From: Cladosporium halotolerans
Taxonomy: Eukaryota
NCBI RefSeq assembly: GCF_011745625.1
Contig: NW_027191470.1
Coordinates: 62,001-126,000, forward strand
Direction: 5' to 3'
DNA: 64,000 nucleotides
Positions 1 to 12,350 of the stretch are shown piece after piece. The position numbers were made by a program, and so were the translations under genes. Below the pieces are notes generated by a model. The model had not been told where the DNA came from. It worked only from the letters and a program-made list of their open reading frames with translations, and ran no database searches. Within the stretch, counting starts at the first letter, position 1, and every line of letters begins with the position of its first letter.

Positions 1-2502
1 ATCCGCAATTTCTCCGGAAGCGTAATCACCGAGATCGTTCGCGCGGGTGGCATTCTAGGATGGCCCAAGGTGTTGCCCGAACTCATATCGATGATTGGGA
101 ACGAGAGCGGACAAATGACATCGGAGGCGCAAGATGGCGCAATGGGCGCACTGTTCAAGATATGCGAGGACAACCGCCGCGCGCTCGACAGGGAATACCA
201 GAAGGAGCGACCTTTGGGCTTTTTGCTCCCCAAGCTCCTCGATTTCGCGGCCAACTCGAACCCTAAGATTCGTTCCAAATCCCTCGCCGCCGTCAATGTC
301 TTCTTGAATGAGCCCATTGCACACACTTGCCGTGAGAACATCGATGTCATCCTGGGTCGTCTGGTTCAACTCACCTCCGATACCGACGATGACGTGCGCC
401 GCTACGTATGCCGTGCGTTTGCCCTGCTAGCCGACGGCATGCCAGAACTCCTTAAACCCCACGTTCAGGGCATCGTCGAATACACCCTGTCGCAGCAGAA
501 AAACAATCAGAACGCCGAGCTTGCACTTGACGCCGCAGAATTCTTTTTTGAAGCCAGCAACACGCCGACTCTCCGGGAGGCTCTTGGCCCGTTCCTGCCT
601 CAGGTTGTGCCTGTACTCCTTGATAGCATGGTTTACAGCGAAGACGATCAACTCAGGCTTGAGGGAGACGATGATGATGCTGATGTCGAGGACGAAGCCA
701 AAGACATCAAGCCAGTGTTCGCCGATGCAAAGCAAAAGGGATCGACTGCAGTCAGTGGCACTTCGACGCCGCAGGGTAATGGTCAGGCTCAAAAGTCGGT
801 CAATGGTTATGCTTACGAGGATGACGACTTGAGCGAAGGCGAGATCGACGAGGACGAGGACTATGGTGTCGATCCTGAAGATGAGTGGAATCTGCGCAAG
901 TGCTCGGCTGCATCTCTGGACGCGATCGCCACCCACTACGGAGCCCCCGTGTTTGAGGTCACATTACCCTGGCTCATGGACAACCTTCAACACCAAGATT
1001 GGCCCAACCGAGAGGCTGCAGTCCTTGCTCTTGGTGCTATCGGACCTGGATGTATCGATGCTATTCAGCAACATCTTCCGAAGCTGGTTCCTTACATGAT
1101 CACGCTACTCAACGACGAACAGCCGGTCGTGAGACAGATTACTTGTTGGGCACTCAGTCGCTTTGCGGGATGGGCTGCTGCGCTTGACGAAGACCGCAAG
1201 CGTGAATTCTTCGAGCCCATGATGGATGGCATTCTTCAGCGCATGCTGGACCAGAACAAGAAAGTGCAAGAGTCGGCAGCATCCGCGTTTGCAACCCTTG
1301 AAGAGGCAGCGAGCGATCAGCTTATCCCTTATTGCGCCGTCATCGTTCAGCAATTCGTTCGCTGTTTTGATCGCTACAAGGACAAGAACATGTTTATCTT
1401 GTATGACTGTGTACAGACTCTTGCAGAACACGCTGGTCCGGCTCTTGCTCACCAGCCGCTCGTGGATCTCCTCATGCCTGCGCTCATTACTCGTTGGACC
1501 AAGGTTCAGGATCAATCTAGAGAGATGTTCCCTTTGCTGGAGTGCCTGTCGTACGTCGCTACTGCTCTGGGTGAAGGTATCACTCCTTTTTCGAAACCCT
1601 TTTTCGAGCGTTGCATTCGCATCATGCACCAAAACCTCGAAGAAGGTTTCCACGCACAGTCAGACCCTGTCTTCGATCAGCCCGACAAGGACTTCCTGGT
1701 TACGAGCCTCGACCTTCTCAGCGCCATCATCCAAAGCGTCAACGAGCAAACCATCAACATGCTAGTCACCGGCGCACAGCCGAACATGTTCGAACTCCTC
1801 GCATACTGCATGAAAGACACCAACAACGACGTCCGCCAGTCCGCCTACGCCCTGCTCGGCGACTGCGCCATCTACATCTTCAGCCAGCTCCAGCAATACC
1901 TCCCCACCATCATGGAGCTCGTAATCACCCAGCTCGACCTCTCCTCAGCCAACGCCGATCCCGAAACAGGCTTCCGCGTGATTAACAACGCCTGCTGGTC
2001 CTGCGGCGAGATCGCCATGCGCGCTCCCCCCGACGTCATCAGCCCCTACGTCGACCGCATCCTGCAGCAGCTCGCCGTCATCCTCATGAACCCGCAGGTC
2101 CCGCAATCCCTCAACGAAAACGCCGCCATCGCCCTCGGCCGCCTCGGCGTCTCCTGCCACCAGCAACTCGCGCCCCACCTCGCCTCCTTCGCCGGCCCCT
2201 TCCTGGGCATCATGCGCAACGTGCCCTGGACCGACGAGAAGGCGCATGCCTACAAGGGCTTCGTGACCGTCGTGCTGGCCAACCCGCAGGCCCTCGAGGC
2301 CACGCTGATCGACTTCCTGATCGAGATGGCGGGCGCGCCGGCCGTGGTGCTCACGGGCCTGCAGCAGGACAGCCCGCTCGAGGGCTTCGAGCGCGTGCTG
2401 GCGACGTACAAGGGCATGATCGGCGAGGCGGAGTTCGATGCCTTCCTGCGCAACATGCCGCCGCCGCAGGAGCAGGCGCTGAGGGGGCTTTACAAGTTTT
2501 GA
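1..2502 (+). CDS. KAP104: Importin beta-2 / transportin (karyopherin), 5' end outside window
   Basis: Frame is open from base 1 (IRNFSGSVITEIV...GWPKVLPEL). HEAT-repeat protein with the acidic H8 loop (DDDADVEDEAKDIKP...EDEWNLRKCSAASLD) and the motifs VRQITCWALSR, NKKVQESAASAFATLEE and NNACWSCGEIA, typical of transportin. Confidence 0.93.
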   Translation: MRNFSGSVITEIVRAGGILGWPKVLPELISMIGNESGQMTSEAQDGAMGALFKICEDNRRALDREYQKERPLGFLLPKLLDFAANSNPKIRSKSLAAVNVFLNEPIAHTCRENIDVILGRLVQLTSDTDDDVRRYVCRAFALLADGMPELLKPHVQGIVEYTLSQQKNNQNAELALDAAEFFFEASNTPTLREALGPFLPQVVPVLLDSMVYSEDDQLRLEGDDDDADVEDEAKDIKPVFADAKQKGSTAVSGTSTPQGNGQAQKSVNGYAYEDDDLSEGEIDEDEDYGVDPEDEWNLRKCSAASLDAIATHYGAPVFEVTLPWLMDNLQHQDWPNREAAVLALGAIGPGCIDAIQQHLPKLVPYMITLLNDEQPVVRQITCWALSRFAGWAAALDEDRKREFFEPMMDGILQRMLDQNKKVQESAASAFATLEEAASDQLIPYCAVIVQQFVRCFDRYKDKNMFILYDCVQTLAEHAGPALAHQPLVDLLMPALITRWTKVQDQSREMFPLLECLSYVATALGEGITPFSKPFFERCIRIMHQNLEEGFHAQSDPVFDQPDKDFLVTSLDLLSAIIQSVNEQTINMLVTGAQPNMFELLAYCMKDTNNDVRQSAYALLGDCAIYIFSQLQQYLPTIMELVITQLDLSSANADPETGFRVINNACWSCGEIAMRAPPDVISPYVDRILQQLAVILMNPQVPQSLNENAAIALGRLGVSCHQQLAPHLASFAGPFLGIMRNVPWTDEKAHAYKGFVTVVLANPQALEATLIDFLIEMAGAPAVVLTGLQQDSPLEGFERVLATYKGMIGEAEFDAFLRNMPPPQEQALRGLYKF

Positions 2503-2804
2503 GAGTTTGAGGGAGAGGGCAAGCTGGCTCTTTGAGGGTCAGGAAAGAACTAATCGGCAGAATGGACCTCCCACTTCTGCGTCCTGCCATCGTGGTCTCC
2601 TGTTTGGAGCCCATCAGTCAGGCAATCTATTTTTAGCGTTCCAGCGTTCCGCGATAAGATAGTCCATAAGATAGTCCGAGTCGAAGCGAGAGATCTGGTC
2701 GCAGAAGGAAAGAAAAAGAGCCGGAGAGCAATCTTCGGAGAGGACGCCTCTTCCGAAAAGCAGCGTGTGCACATGCCGGGTGGGTTTTGACGATACAAAA
2801 GGAA

Positions 2805-2825
2805 AGACGAGACGAGACGAGACGA
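2805..2825. repeat. (AGACG)4 microsatellite, followed by a poly-T run (~2863-2882) and a (GT)n run (~2915-2927) in the KAP104 3' region
   Basis: Read directly from the sequence. Confidence 0.85.
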
Positions 2826-3561
2826 CTGCCAGCGCATAAGATGATACCTAGATAGTTTTGGCTTTTTTTGCTTTTTTTTTTCTTGCTTTTGATTTCCCGA
2901 CAACGCACTCCCGCGTGTGTGTGTGTGAACATTTTCCGTAGCCTTTAGCGTAGCATCTGTCCGTACTAGACGGCAGCCTGAAACATGGATATTCTTTCGA
3001 ATTCTTTCTCCCCGGTCGAACGTTTTTGCTTCTTCGGGCAGTCTATGTTATTCGATGCGCGTGGAGTTTCGGTGGGCTCGTCTCGATGCCAGCGAGGAAG
3101 CTGCCCGGTCGGGTCGAGTGAAGGAAAGAGAAAGGAACAAGAAGCATTCAAAGTCGTGAAAGTGGAAGTGCGTTCTCGTTCTTCCAAAATAAAACGACGT
3201 TAACCTCGCCCCGACAAGGGGCAAAGGCGGGTATAGAAGTGTGTGTTTCTCATCATTAGCACTAAGCATAAACATTAGAAGAAGAAAGAAGAGAAAAGGT
3301 AGCCAGCGACACGGGGACAGCGGGCGTAAGAATGAACAGCATCCCCCATCTCATGCCGTCCCGTCCCATCTCTTGCCGCCCGTCTCTCCTGTCGTCCTAG
3401 TCCGGGCTGCTGGCGATTATGTACAAGCCCAGACGACCGGGCTGAGAAGAATTCTTCGCCCTCGTCCTGATCTTCTATTCTCTCATCGTCGCTGAATCAT
3501 CGCTCGAAAAAAAGAAATCAAAACCAAAAACACCAAGTTCCCCGCAAAACGGAATCGCCCC

Positions 3562-6500
3562 TCAAGGCCTCTTCTTCACATCTCTCCCCGCCCTCGAAGA
3601 CGACGAGCTCGGCGACCTAGGCGATCTAGGCGACGAAACCGTCGCTTCGGCACCAGCAAGTTTGCTCAGCGACGACGAGCCGGGCTGGGACGAGATGTGG
3701 ACGGCGAAGAGCCAGGCGGCGAGGATGTTGAGGAGGTGGTGCAGGCGGTAGGCGTACGTGACGCCGTAGACGGCGGCGTACAGGGCGGAGACGAAAGTGA
3801 GGAGGTTGGTAATGAAGCGGGCTCTGTTAATCCTGTCGTTAGTTTGATATCGAAAGGAAATTGTCAGGATTCATGGTGAAGGCAAGCTTACCGGCCAGTG
3901 ACTCTAGGCGTCATATTTCCCGTACTCATAACCTCCACAAGCAGCACGAGCGGCAGCACAGCGAGCAAGTTGTGGTGCGTGCTGAAGGGCGTCAACCAGT
4001 GGACGGCGACGTTGTGGATCCAGACGATGAGCACGGGCATGTTGATGGGCAAGACCCAGAGCATAAGGACGAGGATGGAGGTGGTGTAGTTGTAGAAATT
4101 ATAGTGGGCGCCGGAGCGGGTGTCGCGGGCGAGGCGCAGCGCCCGGACGCAGGTGCAGAGCTGTACAATCGTGAGGACCATGTACGCGAACTGGTACGGA
4201 ATGAGGGTTGTGATCAACAAGAGGAGAATGGCGGTTGTGATGAGTCGCTGACGGCCGCCTGTTGTAGCGAAGGATGGATGGCGGCTGTGAGGTATGTCAG
4301 TATAAGCAGTCGAGCGCGTTGATGCTTCATTGGCCATACCGATTGTCATCACTCCCGCTGAGGACCCCACTCGTCCAGCCATAGGCAAACGCAAACACGT
4401 GCATTAGTATTGTGATTAAGTAGTTTCCAGCGATACAAATTCCAACGCTGATCACACCGAACAGCGGAACCAGGAACCACAAGAACGGATCCTGTGTGCC
4501 GAGCATCAAGTCGTTGATGTGAAAATCAATGGGCTTTTGGTTGATGCCGTTGGGGTAGTCGATCCACCCTCGTGTCCAGGACCCTTGAGATGCCTTGGAC
4601 AGCGACACAGCAAAGAATGTGAGCGCAATGAAGATGAAAGGTATGGACGTTCGAAGACAGACGTCCATGCTTTCCGAGAAGGACATGAACACGCCTGCGA
4701 GGATGTCAGCATTGAAGAGATTTGCAGTCGTTTGAGATGCTTACCAGTTACGTCGTAGACCTTGAACTGCTTTCTGATGACAATCAATACGACAAGCAGA
4801 GGGAAAGCTGCGAAGACGGATCTGTAGCGCATGACCAGTTTGCCCGCGCTGCCCAGCACGTCGACTTTCAGGGACACCTCCACGGTGGAATTGCAGGTGG
4901 GATCCGACCATAGTTGCAGGCTGAGGCCTTCGCTAGCGCCTCCACCACGCAAAGGAGGTGGCATGTAAGGCGAAATGCCGTGGACGTTGATGTTGCCGCC
5001 TTGAGTGTTGACGAAGTACTTGCTCTCGTAAGGCTCTGCGATGTATTGTCGAAGCATGGGTGCGAAGCTCTCTTCTGACTGCTTGCACGGATTACGTTTG
5101 ACATCCAGGGTGTAGGCGAACAATGTTGAGTGGACTTCTGGAATCTTGATTTCTGTCATCATTGGACGGGTCGCAGGCAGAGTGAGTTGCAATCCATTGA
5201 CAAGCAGCTGGTGGTGACCTTTGCTGACAGTGACAGAAGAGGTATCGCTGCTGCTGAACTCTGCAATAGTCCAGGCATGAGGGTGGTCCCCAGGTTTCTC
5301 AAGGATCGCGACAAACTGGTAATCCGAAACATCTTCCATATTAAACTGGAGGTACGAGAACGGAGGCTTTCCATCAAAGGCGTTGGTTGACTGATTGGTG
5401 GATGCTGGAAGGTAGGAGACATCGGGCGCAGCGTTCTTGCATGCAAGCTTGGTCCCACCGCGAGCGCCATTCGTCAGATCCACGTTGTGCGGAAACACCA
5501 GCTTTGAGTGGATCGGTAGCACACTGCAGAAGAGAACAGTAAGGGAACCATGGCCATCGCCGGCGTCCAGCTTTTGGTTGGTAAGCATGGTGTACTTGCC
5601 ACCATCTGCAAAAGGTTGGACAGAGACCGGCATGACGTGTGCCTGGCTGCGACCTGGTTCGCCGTGCGGGCGAAGGAAGAGACGCTCGCCCTGTCGCATC
5701 ATTTGGCCAGCGCCCGCTTCGAAAGTCAGTAGAGTGTCAAGTTCTGTTGCGTCACTGTCAGCAAGAATCAATCGAAGACTGTCCAGAGACTAGCGCACCT
5801 TGATCGCGTATCGATTTTTGAACGACAGGCTCCATGCCCGTAAGCAGACGTTTCCTGATGGCCTTTATACGCTGCGCTTGCGGCTTGGTTTGCGCAGACC
5901 GTCTCACATCCGTCACATCGAAGATGGCTTTCACTAGTGCCTTTCGGAATTGATCGCACCACATGATCGCTAGGTGATCCATGCCGGTCCAGACATTGGG
6001 GATGCTCGAAGTGAAGACCGTGAAGCCATGGGTATCCGGAACCAGGGAAGTCAAGCTGGTAGATTCGGAGGGGATCATCGTGTCGAGTCCGCCTCCAGCG
6101 ACTGACACCAAAGTAACGTCTGCCAATGGGTTCCGGCTAGGCGGTTGGAGGTATGAGTTTCGCCAGTACTTGTTGACGTCGTTATAAGCAGCCACCATAT
6201 CGGCATCGAAAGTGACAGGCGCGCGAGCATGCGGTGCAGAAAGAGTGATGATTGTGTTGACCGTGTGTTCCTGGTAGTTCGGCATCCGCAGCATTGTCCT
6301 CGCGACGACTCCTCCCATCGAATGGCCCAGAATGATCACAGACTTCGGTTCGGGGAGGCCAGGTTCCCGTAATGAACGGCTAGGATTGTGGTAAAGCGCC
6401 AGGATAAAAGCAATCGCTTCGTTGAGATATTCGGCCTGGTCCAGCATTGTCTGGCCGTGGAAAGCCGTAATGTCCTCGTTGAAGTCCACGGAAAATACAT

Positions 6501-7209
6501 CCAAGGGAGCTTGGCCGTTCGCCATAGCCGCAGGGTCTGTCCGCAGCACATCCTGGAAGTAATGCGCCGCCTCAGCTGCAATTGGACGGACTTGCTTGTA
6601 GCTGCCGGCGTTTCCAGGAATGAACAGAACCGGTATGCCTTTGACCCTAGTATCCTCATCCACACCTCCCTCTCTGTACAAATACAATGAATACTTCGTG
6701 GCAAAGCGAGTGTGCTCGGTATCAAAATCAGAGTATCGGGCAAAGGCCGGCCGCATGTACGACATGGCGCATCCCTTCGGATCTTGCTGCCTGGTGAAGA
6801 AAGAATGCAGGATCGTCGTCAAGAGGACAATGGCACAAATGCTCGTCATGAAGGTCAATGTCGAGCACGACCATGGATTTCGCATGCGAGCCGGCTGGCC
6901 CCGTCGATCCGACATGGTGTCCGTGGGAGTCTTCGCCTGCACCGGGCTGCCCACGATATCGTTCTGCAGCTCGGTCTTCGGCTCCAGGGTATGCTCCCAC
7001 TGCGATTGGATGTCGAGAACAGGCGGGCGACTGGTCTCCTTGCTGGGCTTGCGCTCTATCGGGCCGGAGGGCGCAAGCCTGGCGTCGCGCGCATGTTCCC
7101 GATCGCGCGCATTGCCGCGCTCCCTGCTCTTCTCAAGGTTCTCCGGCGCGGTGGAGGCAGACCTGGAGCCGTTGTCATCCTCGCCGGAGCCGGAGGGTCG
7201 TCTCCTCAT
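3562..7209 (-). CDS. BST1: GPI inositol-deacylase (PGAP1/BST1), 5 exons
   Basis: ATG at 7209 (MRRRPSGS). Motifs FIPGNAGSYKQVR, catalytic GHSMGG and DHLAIMWCDQ. Predicted introns 5744-5798, 4695-4744, 4285-4339 and 3824-3891 join the ORF pieces in frame. Multi-pass C-terminus ends in the dilysine ER signal KKRP, stop at 3562-3564. Confidence 0.92.
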
Positions 7210-8954
7210 CGAGACGCTATGTCCAACGCGCGAACATCCAGGATCAGGTAGCGACAGTGGGAAGTGCGGCGGCGGCGTGGTGGTTGCGGGGAGATCGTGG
7301 GGCGAGATGGTCGGACGGAAGCGATGGCAGGTCGACGAGGTGTAGCGACAGGCAGCGGAGCAGGAGAGGTCAGCGAATGGACGTCGGCGCGGCCGCGTGC
7401 GGTGGCGGCGGCGGTTGCGGCAGCTGAAGTCGTGGAAAGGCTGGGGCAGGAGGCCAAAGCCGGAGTCGCGCTCCCACGTGGGTGATGGCAAAGGAGAGCA
7501 CGCAAGCAGACGGCGCGGCGGACACGCGCGTTCAGCTCTACTAGGGCGGGCTGAGGCCGAGATGAGGAGTGTTACAGGATGCGCAGCCGTGGAGCGGACA
7601 CTTCATGATTACCGTTGCCGGGTGGCTACAGGCAGCGCAGAGTATTCATATGCCATCGCCGGTTCCTGCACAACTTTTGCCCAGAGGCGCCGGCAGCGTC
7701 ACCGTCTGGGCTTAGGTTGCTCTCCGCGGGCCAGCGCCGTGCGGCTAGCAGGCGCATGCAAGCGCATGAGGACCTGAGGCCGCTGCCGACTGCTCGCCCC
7801 GTCCAAAGCTTGTGCCAGCCACCTCACACTGCTCACACCATCGCCCTCGTCCACACGCTTGACGACGATCCCCGGGGCAGGACAGTAGGTGGTAAGGCTG
7901 CCGAGGCTGCGCAGATCCGGCGCCGGACACGGTCGTCCGCATCCCACTGCCCTCCCCACAACGCCTTGCACGTGCGGACGGCTTGCAGAGAGGACGGCAT
8001 GCCCTGAATCATGCAGCGCCGTGAAGCGTCTCTTCCGCAGACGGACGGGCAGGCAGACGGGAAGTGAGGTAGTGATGCATCATGCAATCACCTCACTCCC
8101 GCGCGCATGCAGCCGGGCAGATTAGCAGCCTACTACACTATTGGCTTCCCTCCCACGCGCGTCTGACTGCCGCGCCAAGGTGGAGGCCGCGCAAGCAAGC
8201 TCAGGCCTATGGAGAGGCCGCATCTTATCCCCCCGACACTCTGTGACAGCCGTTTCACCTGCTAAGCTTCTGCCAGCAGCTGCATCCCTGTGTTACATAC
8301 TGGGGTACATGCACGAAATAATATGGTACAGCGGCACTATGTGGTAGTAGCAACAACAACATCGGCGCTCTCTCGCGAGCTTATTGTACAGCATCATTGC
8401 AGATAACATACACTGTGATTTCACACTATGCTCGTGTGCCGCCTTTCGAAAAAAGAGGAGGGACAATAAAGTAATGAGGAACGCAGCGGAGTTCACTGCA
8501 ACGGAAAAAGACGTCCTGGATTGTCCGGAACGCAAATCCTGGACATCGCGGGATGAACTCCATCCAGGATCAGCCCACCGTCGGCTCTCCGCACGACAAA
8601 GTCAATGACGCTTGAGAATTGTGCAAGAAAATAATTCCTCGGTCTGAACAGAAAAATAGTGGTTCACGTGGGCTTCACTCTTCACTTCGCGGTACTCCGG
8701 GGCGTCAAACTCAACCCGCGTCAGCATCACGCGACAGTCGATTTCACGACTTATGACGGATTCCTCGAACTCAGCTCCCACACGACGATAACACCTCATA
8801 AATCACTGCGGACTCAAAAGAAAACGAAAGTTCGTCAAAAAAAATGCTTTGCCAAGTCTAAACAATGGTATCTCATGAAAGTCGTCTCACCACCAACGCC
8901 AAATCCCGAAACCCCCAAAAACAACACACTCATCAAAGGTCATCACCATCACAA

Positions 8955-11900
8955 TCACCAATCCATCCCACCCGCACCCCTCTCACCCCCCGCCAAAATC
9001 GCCTGAGCCTTCGCCCCCTCCCCAATGCCATTCGGCAAGTGACTGACGACCTTACTCTTCCTACCCTTCAGCGGCTTGAACTTCTCGTCCAGCCTCTTGA
9101 ACGGCTCGTCCTCGTTCTCCTTGGCGACCTTGAACTTCTCCGTGCCCAGCACGGCGTCCAGCTCCTCGACAGGCGGCAGCTTGACGTACACGAGGCCGTC
9201 CTCGCGCGCCTCGACGGGGAACGTGGCGATGTTGACCTCGTCGTCGTTGCCGCACTTGCCCGCGTTCTCGCCCTTGAGCTCGTAGTTGCGCTTGTGGTAC
9301 GGGCAGCTGACCCACAGCTTGTCGGACTTGTAGTCGTCGCCGATCAGGCCGTCGGACAGCACGAAGGCGCGCTTGTGCGGGCACATCTGCTGCGTCGCGT
9401 AGTAGACGCCCTTGACCTTGAAGATGGCCAGCTGCGTGTCGCCGCGCTTGACCGCGAGCGAGGAGCCCGTCTCCGCGTCGGTGAACTGGGATGAAGAAGC
9501 GAGAGGCTGCCACGAGAGGCCCGTCCACTTGGTCCCGCGGAAGTCCTCCTTGACGGAATCCTTGGGCCACATGGTCGGGCGCTGCTGGCCGCGCTCGTCG
9601 ATTTTCTCCATGGTGTCCTGCGTCTCGTCGGTGTTGGCGAACTGGGTGAAGAGCCTGCGGCGCTCGGGCGACTTGAGGACCTCGGTCCACTCGCAGAAGT
9701 AGGAGCCGACGAGCTCCTCCATCTGCTTCTCCAGGTCGGCGCAGATGCCCAGCTTGTCCTCGAGGATGACCTCGCGCAGGTACTTGATGCCGCCCTCGAG
9801 GTTCTCGATCCAGCGCGCGGTGCGCTGCAGCTTGTCGGCCGTGCGGATGTAGAAGCTGAGGTAGCGGTCGAGGATGGGCACGACGTCGTCGGGCGGGACG
9901 TCTTTGGCGAGCAGTTCGCTGTGGCGCGGTTTGGCGCCGCCGTTGCCGCCGACGAAGATGTTGAAGCCCTTTTCGGTGGCGATCAAACCGAAGTCCTTGT
10001 TCTGGGCTTCGGCGCATTCACGAACACAGCCGGAGACACCACCCTTGAACTTGTGCGGACCGCGAATACTCTTGTAGCGCTCCTCGAGGCGCACCGCCAT
10101 GCCGACACTGTCGCCAATGCCGAAGCGGCACCAGGTCGTGCCGACGCAAGACTTGACAGTGCGCAGGGATTTGGCGTACGCGTGCCCGGACTCCATGCCG
10201 CCGTCGACCAGCATCTCCCAGATGGCGGGCAGGTCGTGCTTCTTGGCGCCGAACATGTCGATACGTTGGCCGCCGGTGATCTTGCAGTACAAGCCAAACT
10301 TCTTCGCGACCGTTCCGATGATGATAAGCTTTTCGGCGGTGATCTCGCCGCCGGAGACACGCGGGACGACCGAGAAGGTGCCGTTGCGCTGGATGTTGGC
10401 GAGGAAGCGGTCGTTGGTGTCCTGCAGGCCGCGACGGTCGGCGTCGAGCAGGTGCTTGTTGAACAAACTGGAGATGATGGAGCCAATGGCGGGCTTGCAA
10501 AGCTCGCAGCCGGTGGACGTCGGGTCCTTGCCGGCTTGCGCCATGATGTCTGTGAAGGTTTGCAGTTTCTTGACGTAGATGATGTTGAAGAGATCGGCAC
10601 GCGAGTAATCGAAGTGCGTGCAGAGGTTGTTCTTGACTTCTTGTCCCATGCTGGACATGGTCTTGTTGAAGATGGTTTGCACCAATGGCATGCAACCACC
10701 GCAGCCGGTGCCGGCTTTGGTGCAAGACTTGACGTCGCCAATGGATTTGCAGGTGCCGTCTTTGACCTGGTTGACCACGTCGCCCTTTGTTACGTTGTGG
10801 CAGGAACAGATCTGTGTGTCATCGTCGAGGTCATCTCCATTCTCTTCGCCCTTTGCGCCGACGATGAACTCGCCAGGCGGGATCTCAAGCTGCTTCTGGT
10901 TCTTGACCATCGGCACCAACTTGATGTAGTCGCTGGTGTCACCGATCATCATTCCACCGAGCAGATACTTGCCGTCCATGGTGAAGAGGTACTTCTTGTA
11001 GACATTGGTGAAAGGGTCCTTGTAGGTAAGCGCCTTGACAGAAGCTGGCGTTTTGCTCTCGCTGACGCCGTTTGCCCTGCCGCTGCGCGTGGGGAGCTGC
11101 TTTGGGCCGTCGCGGTCAGCAAAGAAGTCACCGAAACTGGCGACGTCCACGCCCAGGAGCTTGAGCTTCGTGCTCAAGTCAGGGCTCTTGAACTTCCTCG
11201 GCGAATGCGCTTTGGCCTGCGTGAGGTTGAACGCGAGCACGTCCGCCATCTCGACGCCAGGCGCGATGAGGCCGAATGTCTGGTTCTGCCAGCTTGCGCA
11301 CTCGCCGATCGCGTAGATGTCTTGCTTGGATGTAGAAAGGTCGTCTTTGATGATGATTCCGCCACCTCTGTCCGCGCACTGGATGCCAGACTGGCGCGCC
11401 AGCTCGTCTCGCGCCTTGATGCCGATGGCGAAGCAAATGCATGTGCAGTCCATGGTCTCGCCGTCCTCGAAAGTAACGCCGACGACGTTGTTCTCCGCAT
11501 CGGTGTTGATTTGTCCCACTCTCTTGCTGAGCAGCACGTCCAGACCGAGCGCTCTGACTTGCTCGACAACCATGCTGCCGGCGTCGCCGTCTAGCTGCCT
11601 GCTGAGCACCCATCTGTTGCGCTCGATGAGCTTGACCTTGCCATAGTCTTCGAGATCCATCATAGCCTTGGCCGCTTCCAGTCCCAGCAAGCCACCTCCG
11701 ACCACAGCGCCTGTGGTGCCTTTCTTATTCGCGGAGTAGGCGATGAGCTTCTGCAAGTCTTCGATTGTTCGGTAAACGAAGACACCCTTAGCGTCGTATC
11801 CAGGGGTGTGCTTTGGCAGCACAGCGTCTGAGCCAGTAGCCAGAACCAGAATGTCGTAGGGCACGGTCTGCCCTTGTGACGTCTGCACTGTCTTCTTCTC

Positions 11901-12350
11901 CGAATCTATCGAAGTGACCAGTGTGTTGAGGTGGTAGTTCAGCGAACCCTGCGGCATTGAGGAGTACCATGATTCCGGGTTCAGGTAGAGGTTCTCGACC
12001 TGTCGGTGCTCGAAGAAACTTGTCAGGCCAACGCGGTTGTAGGCAAGATGTGCTTCTTCTCCAATGACGATGATGTCGTATTCTCTCCTCTTCACGTCAA
12101 GCTTCATGAGTTTCTCAATGAACGCAATGCCGACCATACCCAGGCCGACGACCACCACTCGCTTGCGACCAGGTGCTTTTGGAATTTCTTGTGAAGTCAT
12201 GTCAATCTCTTGGGCATCACCATTGACGTGATCTCCATTCACCCCGTTCACGGGTGCGCTGCCGTTAGGCAGCTCGCCGTTCTGCTCCATCTCCTTGACC
12301 TTCTCCGGGAGCAGGTTTGCCTCCGGATCGTTCCACTCGCTGCTGCTCAT
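8955..12350 (-). CDS. niiA: Assimilatory nitrite reductase [NAD(P)H], intronless
   Basis: 1131 aa ORF with [25 protein letters not shown]-like CSCHNV...[11 protein letters not shown], siroheme/4Fe-4[11 protein letters not shown]...SGCVRECAE and a C-terminal Rieske domain (CPH...CPYH). Confidence 0.97.
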   Translation of the reverse strand: MSSSEWNDPEANLLPEKVKEMEQNGELPNGSAPVNGVNGDHVNGDAQEIDMTSQEIPKAPGRKRVVVVGLGMVGIAFIEKLMKLDVKRREYDIIVIGEEAHLAYNRVGLTSFFEHRQVENLYLNPESWYSSMPQGSLNYHLNTLVTSIDSEKKTVQTSQGQTVPYDILVLATGSDAVLPKHTPGYDAKGVFVYRTIEDLQKLIAYSANKKGTTGAVVGGGLLGLEAAKAMMDLEDYGKVKLIERNRWVLSRQLDGDAGSMVVEQVRALGLDVLLSKRVGQINTDAENNVVGVTFEDGETMDCTCICFAIGIKARDELARQSGIQCADRGGGIIIKDDLSTSKQDIYAIGECASWQNQTFGLIAPGVEMADVLAFNLTQAKAHSPRKFKSPDLSTKLKLLGVDVASFGDFFADRDGPKQLPTRSGRANGVSESKTPASVKALTYKDPFTNVYKKYLFTMDGKYLLGGMMIGDTSDYIKLVPMVKNQKQLEIPPGEFIVGAKGEENGDDLDDDTQICSCHNVTKGDVVNQVKDGTCKSIGDVKSCTKAGTGCGGCMPLVQTIFNKTMSSMGQEVKNNLCTHFDYSRADLFNIIYVKKLQTFTDIMAQAGKDPTSTGCELCKPAIGSIISSLFNKHLLDADRRGLQDTNDRFLANIQRNGTFSVVPRVSGGEITAEKLIIIGTVAKKFGLYCKITGGQRIDMFGAKKHDLPAIWEMLVDGGMESGHAYAKSLRTVKSCVGTTWCRFGIGDSVGMAVRLEERYKSIRGPHKFKGGVSGCVRECAEAQNKDFGLIATEKGFNIFVGGNGGAKPRHSELLAKDVPPDDVVPILDRYLSFYIRTADKLQRTARWIENLEGGIKYLREVILEDKLGICADLEKQMEELVGSYFCEWTEVLKSPERRRLFTQFANTDETQDTMEKIDERGQQRPTMWPKDSVKEDFRGTKWTGLSWQPLASSSQFTDAETGSSLAVKRGDTQLAIFKVKGVYYATQQMCPHKRAFVLSDGLIGDDYKSDKLWVSCPYHKRNYELKGENAGKCGNDDEVNIATFPVEAREDGLVYVKLPPVEELDAVLGTEKFKVAKENEDEPFKRLDEKFKPLKGRKSKVVSHLPNGIGEGAKAQAILAGGERGAGGMDW

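Noticed and set aside
7210..7491. N-terminal extensions in the ORF track for BST1 (similarly niaD 13482, permease 26796, PLD 33750, SPO71 37588, BOS1 19679)
   Set aside because: They begin at non-ATG codons. Downstream ATGs give typical N-termini in this eukaryote.
8536..8570. Inverted repeat ATCCTGGA...TCCAGGAT with an inner hairpin
   Set aside because: An 8-bp stem is expected by chance, with no tRNA, snoRNA or TIR features.
9921..11594. 557-aa antisense ORF and other long overlapping ORFs (9061-10017, 35511-36407, 39940-40989, 50620-51846)
   Set aside because: Shadow frames of real genes. High GC3 suppresses stop codons, and the translations show no family motifs.
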